From an uncultured Ruminococcus sp. (GTDB lineage: Bacteria > Bacillota > Clostridia > Oscillospirales > Ruminococcaceae), in NCBI GenBank assembly GCA_964480645.1, contig CAYZQU010000001.1:1-50185 (forward strand): DNA of 50,185 nucleotides, given 5' to 3'. The notes under the pieces are model-generated. The model was not told where the DNA came from, searched no databases, and saw only the letters and a list, made by a program, of their open reading frames with translations. Positions 45,647-50,185 of this stretch are shown here, piece by piece. Position numbers and translations under genes: made by a program. Within the stretch, counting starts at the first letter, position 1. Each line of letters starts with the position of its first letter.

Positions 45647-46135
45647 TCAATAGCCCTCGCTTAAATTCAGGCTGTCGTCATTTTCAATCCAGTTTATCAC
45701 GGGAAAGATTTTGTATTCCGTGGGTGAGGTGCGGACTATGACTTGTTCGATACCCGCGTTGATAATCATTCGCTTGCACATAGAACACGGCTCAACACTG
45801 CCGTCAAGCGCGCCCGTAGCCGCGTCAAGACAGGCGAGAAACAGCGTAGAGCCTATCATCTCGGAACGCGGCGCGGAAATTATGCAGTTTGCCTCGGCGT
45901 GTACCGAGCGGCAAAGCTCGTATCTCTGTCCCCGAGGAACATTTAGTTCTTCACGCGTGCATACGCCTCTGTCGGAGCAGTTGACTCTCCCGCGCGGAGC
46001 GCCGTTATATCCCGTGGCGATAATTTCATCGTTGTGTACAATAATAGCGCCGAAATTCCGCCGCAGACAAGTTCCACGTTCGGCGACTGTCTGCGCGATG
46101 TCCAGATAATAGTTGATTTTGTCGACTCTTGTCAT
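45647..46135 (-). CDS. dCMP deaminase / ComEB family zinc deaminase
   Basis: TCLRR..GA, GYNGAP, HAEAN, PCSMC. Confidence 0.9.
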   Translation of the reverse strand: MTRVDKINYYLDIAQTVAERGTCLRRNFGAIIVHNDEIIATGYNGAPRGRVNCSDRGVCTREELNVPRGQRYELCRSVHAEANCIISAPRSEMIGSTLFLACLDAATGALDGSVEPCSMCKRMIINAGIEQVIVRTSPTEYKIFPVINWIENDDSLNLSEGY

Positions 46136-46164
46136 TGTCAATCATCCTCTGTTGTGTCGTGTGA

Positions 46165-46560
46165 TTACTTTTTGCGGCGTTTGTTCATCTGCTTGGAGAT
46201 AAACGCCTTGTTCTGGATCGGTTTTCCGACCAGAGGAGCGTCTCCGGGACGGCGCGCCGGCTGCGGTGTCATCTGAATCTTTCCGTCAAACGCCGCGATG
46301 TATGTCTCTGCGATGTCAAGCTGCTTCGGCAGGGAATCCGTGCGGCGGCAATATTCGATAACCTTGTTGAATTCCGAGCGTGATTCCTCGATTCGTCCGA
46401 GATTTGCCAGCAGTTCTCCCAATACACAGGTATACTGAATCGCGGAATTCTCATTCCCCGCGCCGTTCTCCCCGGCAATAGCCTCGTTCAACTCACGGAG
46501 CGCTTTATCGTAATCCTCAAGATTAATAAACTGTATAGCCAATTCAAAATGAATGTTCAT
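46165..46560 (-). CDS. Small TPR-like protein
   Basis: Helical-repeat pattern (YDKALREL; LGELLANLGRIEESRSEF); AAGGAG SD. Confidence 0.65.
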   Translation of the reverse strand: MNIHFELAIQFINLEDYDKALRELNEAIAGENGAGNENSAIQYTCVLGELLANLGRIEESRSEFNKVIEYCRRTDSLPKQLDIAETYIAAFDGKIQMTPQPARRPGDAPLVGKPIQNKAFISKQMNKRRKK

Positions 46561-46762
46561 AATTTCTCCTTATTTTTTAATTGATAATATCAAGATATTG
46601 CGTATGTTTTTATTATAACACAAAAATCTTTGTTTGTCAATTATACCCGAAAAAAAACCATAAAATTCATACCGATTATGACATAATTCACTTCCCCGAT
46701 ATGGTAATATGTAGTTGGACTGTAAAATAATGGCTGATAGCCAAGGGGAAAGGAAATCAAAA

Positions 46763-49030
46763 ATGGAGAAGTTAAGATTTAAAACAGGGGGATTTACTCG
46801 CGAAACGGCATTTTCACATTGGATTGATTTCGCGAAGAACGGCGCGGTTTGGGGAATTCTCGCGCTGGCTATGGGGCTTGGAGTATCAGCGTTTTCGTCA
46901 GCTCCGGACGCGGCGGCACTCGCGGCGGGACTGTCGGGAATGGGCGCGGTGTGCGCGTTTGTGGGCGGTGCTGTCGGAGCGTTGATTCACGGATTCCCCA
47001 CCGCGATGATTGGACTCGGGGCGTTGGCGATTGTTCTTGTTGCGCGAATCATTCCCGATTTGGGCAAGCCAAAGCTCCGCGCGGCTGAACGTTGTATCTC
47101 GGCGGGTGCGGCGGTGCTGCTTTCGCGGATTGCCGAAACGGAGAACACTGCACAGCTCCTGTCCGTGATTGTGGCGGCGCTGTCCTCGGCGATTTTCGCA
47201 TTGTGCGTGTGTATATTGCGCGATTCCGCCAAACTCGGCGGATTCGACATAACCGAGCCGCGCGACTGCGCGCTTGGCTGTATAGTCGTCGCGCTTGCGT
47301 TCTCGTCTTTGGGTGCTTTGGATTATCCCGTGATGAACATTGGGCGGATTCTGCTCGGATTCGCGTTGTTGACGCTCACGGCGCGGCGCGGCCTGTCGTG
47401 GTGCGCCGTAGTCGGAATCCCCGCGCTGTTGGGACTGTGCGCCGCGAACCCGCAAGTTGGCGCGGGGGGAGCGGTCATCGCGTTTTCGGCGGCGGCAAGC
47501 TGCGCGTTTACGCGTTTCGGGAAATCCGCGCGCGCTGTGGGATTTGTGTTCGCGGCGGCAATCTCCACGGTTATTACGGGGATTGACGAGGGTTCGTGGC
47601 GGATTTTACTGGAATGCGCGATTTCAGCGGCGGCGTTTTCGTTCGTTCCAATTGAGAAAATCGGCGCGTCCGAGGGGGATTTTTCGGACAGCACCGTGGC
47701 TATGATGCTCCGTGAGCGTTTGAATTTTGCAGCTGAGGCAATCTCGGGTATCGGTTCGGGGATAAACGCCGCCGCTGATACGCTTGACCGCCGTTACAAT
47801 ACCAATTTTGACCAAATTGCCGACCGTGCTGCGGACAGGGTTTGTCGCTCCTGCCCAAATTCGATGGTTTGCTGGGGGCGGAAATATGAGCAGTTCCACG
47901 CGGAATTCGGGCGACTTGTGACACAGATTCGCACAGGATTCGAGCTGACGGAATTTTCGATGTGTCCCGAATGCGCCGAGGAGTGTGTTAATCCAAGCGG
48001 CGTGGCAAGGGCGATTTCCGCCGAGTATTCGCGTTACATATCCGCAAAACAGGACGAACAGCGTATCCGTGAGCTGAGGAGAATTTACGTCGACCAGCTT
48101 GAGGGAATACGGGATATTCTGAAAGATATGGGAAATATTAAGTCCGATGTGAATTCCGCGTCGCGTAACAAATCCGCCGAACGCCGCGCCGAGAAGCTTC
48201 TCCGTGAGAGCGGCGTGGAATATCCACAGGCGTTTGTGATGTTTGACAGACGCGGAAAACTGCGCTTTGAGGCGTATGGTTCAAGCGAGCCGGATATTCC
48301 GAGAGAACAGCTCGGCGATATGTTGGAAAAGGCATTGGGACGCAATCTGGAATTGCCTGAGGTTTCGTCGGGAAGCGGACGATGCCGTATTACCGTGACG
48401 GAACGTACCGCGCTTTCCGCGAGAGTGGGCGCATATCAGATTCCGCGCGGGAAAAACAATGTCTGCGGCGATTGTTATGACACATTCACCGATCCGCGTG
48501 GGGATTTGTACATAATTCTTTCGGACGGTATGGGTACGGGAAGCCGTGCGCGGGTGGATTCCGCTATGGCGTGTATGGTACTCTCCAAACTCCTGAAAAG
48601 CGGAATCTCGCTGCCTGCGGCTTTAGAGACTGTAAACACGGTAATGATGGTGAAATCCGCGGACGAGAGCTTTGCCACTCTCGACATCTGTAAAATCGAC
48701 CTTAACACCGGTGAATGCGCGGTCTACAAAGCAGGCGCGTCCACTACCTATATAAAGTCTGCGGATAAATTGGTTCGTGCGGCTCTGTCCTCTCCGCCGG
48801 CAGGTGTAGGCGGAAAGCTCTCCGTGCCGGTTCAGCGCTTTACCGTAGCCGCCGGGGACGTTATCCTTATGATGACGGACGGCGTTGTCCCCGATGAGCA
48901 GTGGCTCTCTCTGGAGCTGTCCAAGCCGTGTGAGCCGCGTGAGTTTTCGGAGCGCGTAGCCAAAGCTGCCAGACGTTCCGATGTTCGCGATGACGACATC
49001 AGCGTTATCACCGTTGCCGTTGGAAGGTAG
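46763..49030 (+). CDS. spoIIE: Stage II sporulation protein E (PP2C phosphatase)
   Basis: Multi-TM N-terminus, C..C..CW motif, CGD, LSDGMGTG, ATLD, MTDG, DDISV. Confidence 0.9.
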   Translation: MEKLRFKTGGFTRETAFSHWIDFAKNGAVWGILALAMGLGVSAFSSAPDAAALAAGLSGMGAVCAFVGGAVGALIHGFPTAMIGLGALAIVLVARIIPDLGKPKLRAAERCISAGAAVLLSRIAETENTAQLLSVIVAALSSAIFALCVCILRDSAKLGGFDITEPRDCALGCIVVALAFSSLGALDYPVMNIGRILLGFALLTLTARRGLSWCAVVGIPALLGLCAANPQVGAGGAVIAFSAAASCAFTRFGKSARAVGFVFAAAISTVITGIDEGSWRILLECAISAAAFSFVPIEKIGASEGDFSDSTVAMMLRERLNFAAEAISGIGSGINAAADTLDRRYNTNFDQIADRAADRVCRSCPNSMVCWGRKYEQFHAEFGRLVTQIRTGFELTEFSMCPECAEECVNPSGVARAISAEYSRYISAKQDEQRIRELRRIYVDQLEGIRDILKDMGNIKSDVNSASRNKSAERRAEKLLRESGVEYPQAFVMFDRRGKLRFEAYGSSEPDIPREQLGDMLEKALGRNLELPEVSSGSGRCRITVTERTALSARVGAYQIPRGKNNVCGDCYDTFTDPRGDLYIILSDGMGTGSRARVDSAMACMVLSKLLKSGISLPAALETVNTVMMVKSADESFATLDICKIDLNTGECAVYKAGASTTYIKSADKLVRAALSSPPAGVGGKLSVPVQRFTVAAGDVILMMTDGVVPDEQWLSLELSKPCEPREFSERVAKAARRSDVRDDDISVITVAVGR

Positions 49031-49246
49031 CAGTTGTTAAAATATACTTACTCAAGTCGGATATATTCGTTTTCGATTGTCAACTAATTTTATTGGTTTT
49101 GCACAAATTCAAAATATTTTCAACATTATTTCCGTTTATTTTGCCTATGAAAACGAAAACCACCTTATTTTCATAAAAACCTTTGTGCAAAATTCACAAA
49201 CATTAAAGAAAAAAATGACATTCTTCATAAATTATCAACAAAGTAC

Positions 49247-49275
49247 TTGCAAAAATTTACATTCTATGTTACAAT
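49247..49275 (+). promoter_or_regulatory. sigma-A promoter of glgB
   Basis: TTGCAA-N17-TACAAT with extended TG. Confidence 0.65.
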
Positions 49276-49402
49276 ATGATTAAAGAAACACAGGTTGAAT
49301 CGAGTATTTTTGGTGATAATAATCAAAAATCGGTTGACGTGTTTTTACATCGACACATAGATTCTATACAGAATCGTAATTTGAAATGGAGGTAAACGTA
49401 AA

Positions 49403-50185
49403 ATGGCAATTGTAGTTCCCGAAAAATACAGTGTGCCGCTGTATCTGTTTCATCAGGGCGAAAACGCGCACGCGTATGATTTTTTCGGCTCACACAAGGA
49501 CACCGAAAACGGTAAATCCGGCGTAGTATTTAGATGCTGGGCTCCTCACGCCAAATCCGTGAGCGTTGTTGGCGACTTCAATCACTGGGACAGAACACAA
49601 TGCTTCATGAACAAAATCAGCGACGGCGGAATCTGGGAGGTATTCATTCCCGGAATCAAGCAGTTCGACAATTACAAATACAGCGTGGAGGCTCCCGATG
49701 GGCTTATCAAGTTAAAAGCCGACCCTTATGGTTATCACATGGAGCTTCGTCCGAACACCGCCACCAAGTTCTACGACCTGGACGGATATTCCTGGAAAGA
49801 CAAAAAGTATGAGGACGAGCTGGCAAAAAAGAACATCTATGAAAGCCCCATCAACATTTATGAGGTGAATTGCGGCTCGTGGAAGCACAAAGACGGCAGA
49901 GAAATGAGTTACACGGAGCTTGCCGATGAACTTATTCCGTATGTTAAGGAGATGGGATATACCCACGTTGAGCTTATGCCAATCGGTGAGTATCCGTTTG
50001 ACGGCTCGTGGGGGTATCAACAAATCGGATATTTCGCGCCGACCTCGCGTTTCGGAACTCCCCACGATTTTATGGGCTTTGTGGATAAGTGCCACCAAGC
50101 GGGTATAGGCATTATTGTGGACTGGGTTCACGCGCATTTCCCGAAGGACGCGGCGGGTTTGTACGAATGGGACGGCGAAAGCTGT
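49403..50185 (+). CDS. glgB: 1,4-alpha-glucan branching enzyme, 5' part (runs off window; absent from ORF track)
   Basis: Hand translation MAIVVPEK..YLFHQG..FGSH..FRCWAPHA..VVGDFNHW..KADPY..IYEV..MGYTHVELMP..SWGYQ..DWVHAHFPKD; GGAGG SD. Confidence 0.95.
   Translation, partial: MAIVVPEKYSVPLYLFHQGENAHAYDFFGSHKDTENGKSGVVFRCWAPHAKSVSVVGDFNHWDRTQCFMNKISDGGIWEVFIPGIKQFDNYKYSVEAPDGLIKLKADPYGYHMELRPNTATKFYDLDGYSWKDKKYEDELAKKNIYESPINIYEVNCGSWKHKDGREMSYTELADELIPYVKEMGYTHVELMPIGEYPFDGSWGYQQIGYFAPTSRFGTPHDFMGFVDKCHQAGIGIIVDWVHAHFPKDAAGLYEWDGESC

Overview
A 50 kb chromosomal window from a spore-forming, probably motile Clostridia-class bacterium (gene content suggests Oscillospiraceae/Ruminococcaceae; inference). 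In order: coaX; the rpmH-rnpA-yidD-yidC-jag operon (without the usual dnaA/mnmE neighbours); thioredoxin; two small AT-rich cassettes of secreted proteins flanking an HD-hydrolase gene and rpsF-ssb-rpsR; glgP; a type IV pilus locus (pilC, pilM/N, pilO-like, PilX-like and minor pilins, pilD, pilB, pilT, three further pilins); a sigma-28 late flagellar operon (flgM, flgN, flgK, expanded flgL, DUF6470, fliW, csrA, fliD, fliS); radical SAM and CDF genes; ychF; a NERD protein; rsmA; dCMP deaminase; spoIIE; and the start of glgB. Three things are not explained by the gene list. (1) An orphan BECR-fold (PBECR2-like) nuclease gene is followed by an independently promoted and terminated ~120 nt RNA with a predicted loop-loop kissing structure, a candidate new RNA-antitoxin (type III-like) toxin-antitoxin system. 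(2) A dispersed family of ~90-125 bp covarying three-way-junction elements (7 complete copies plus partial ones) is oriented with transcription and usually abuts a ribosome-binding site. (3) A phage-like two-gene cassette encodes a first protein carrying the LQFF motif cut by Prp proteases. All product calls come from motif recognition by eye; no database searches were run.
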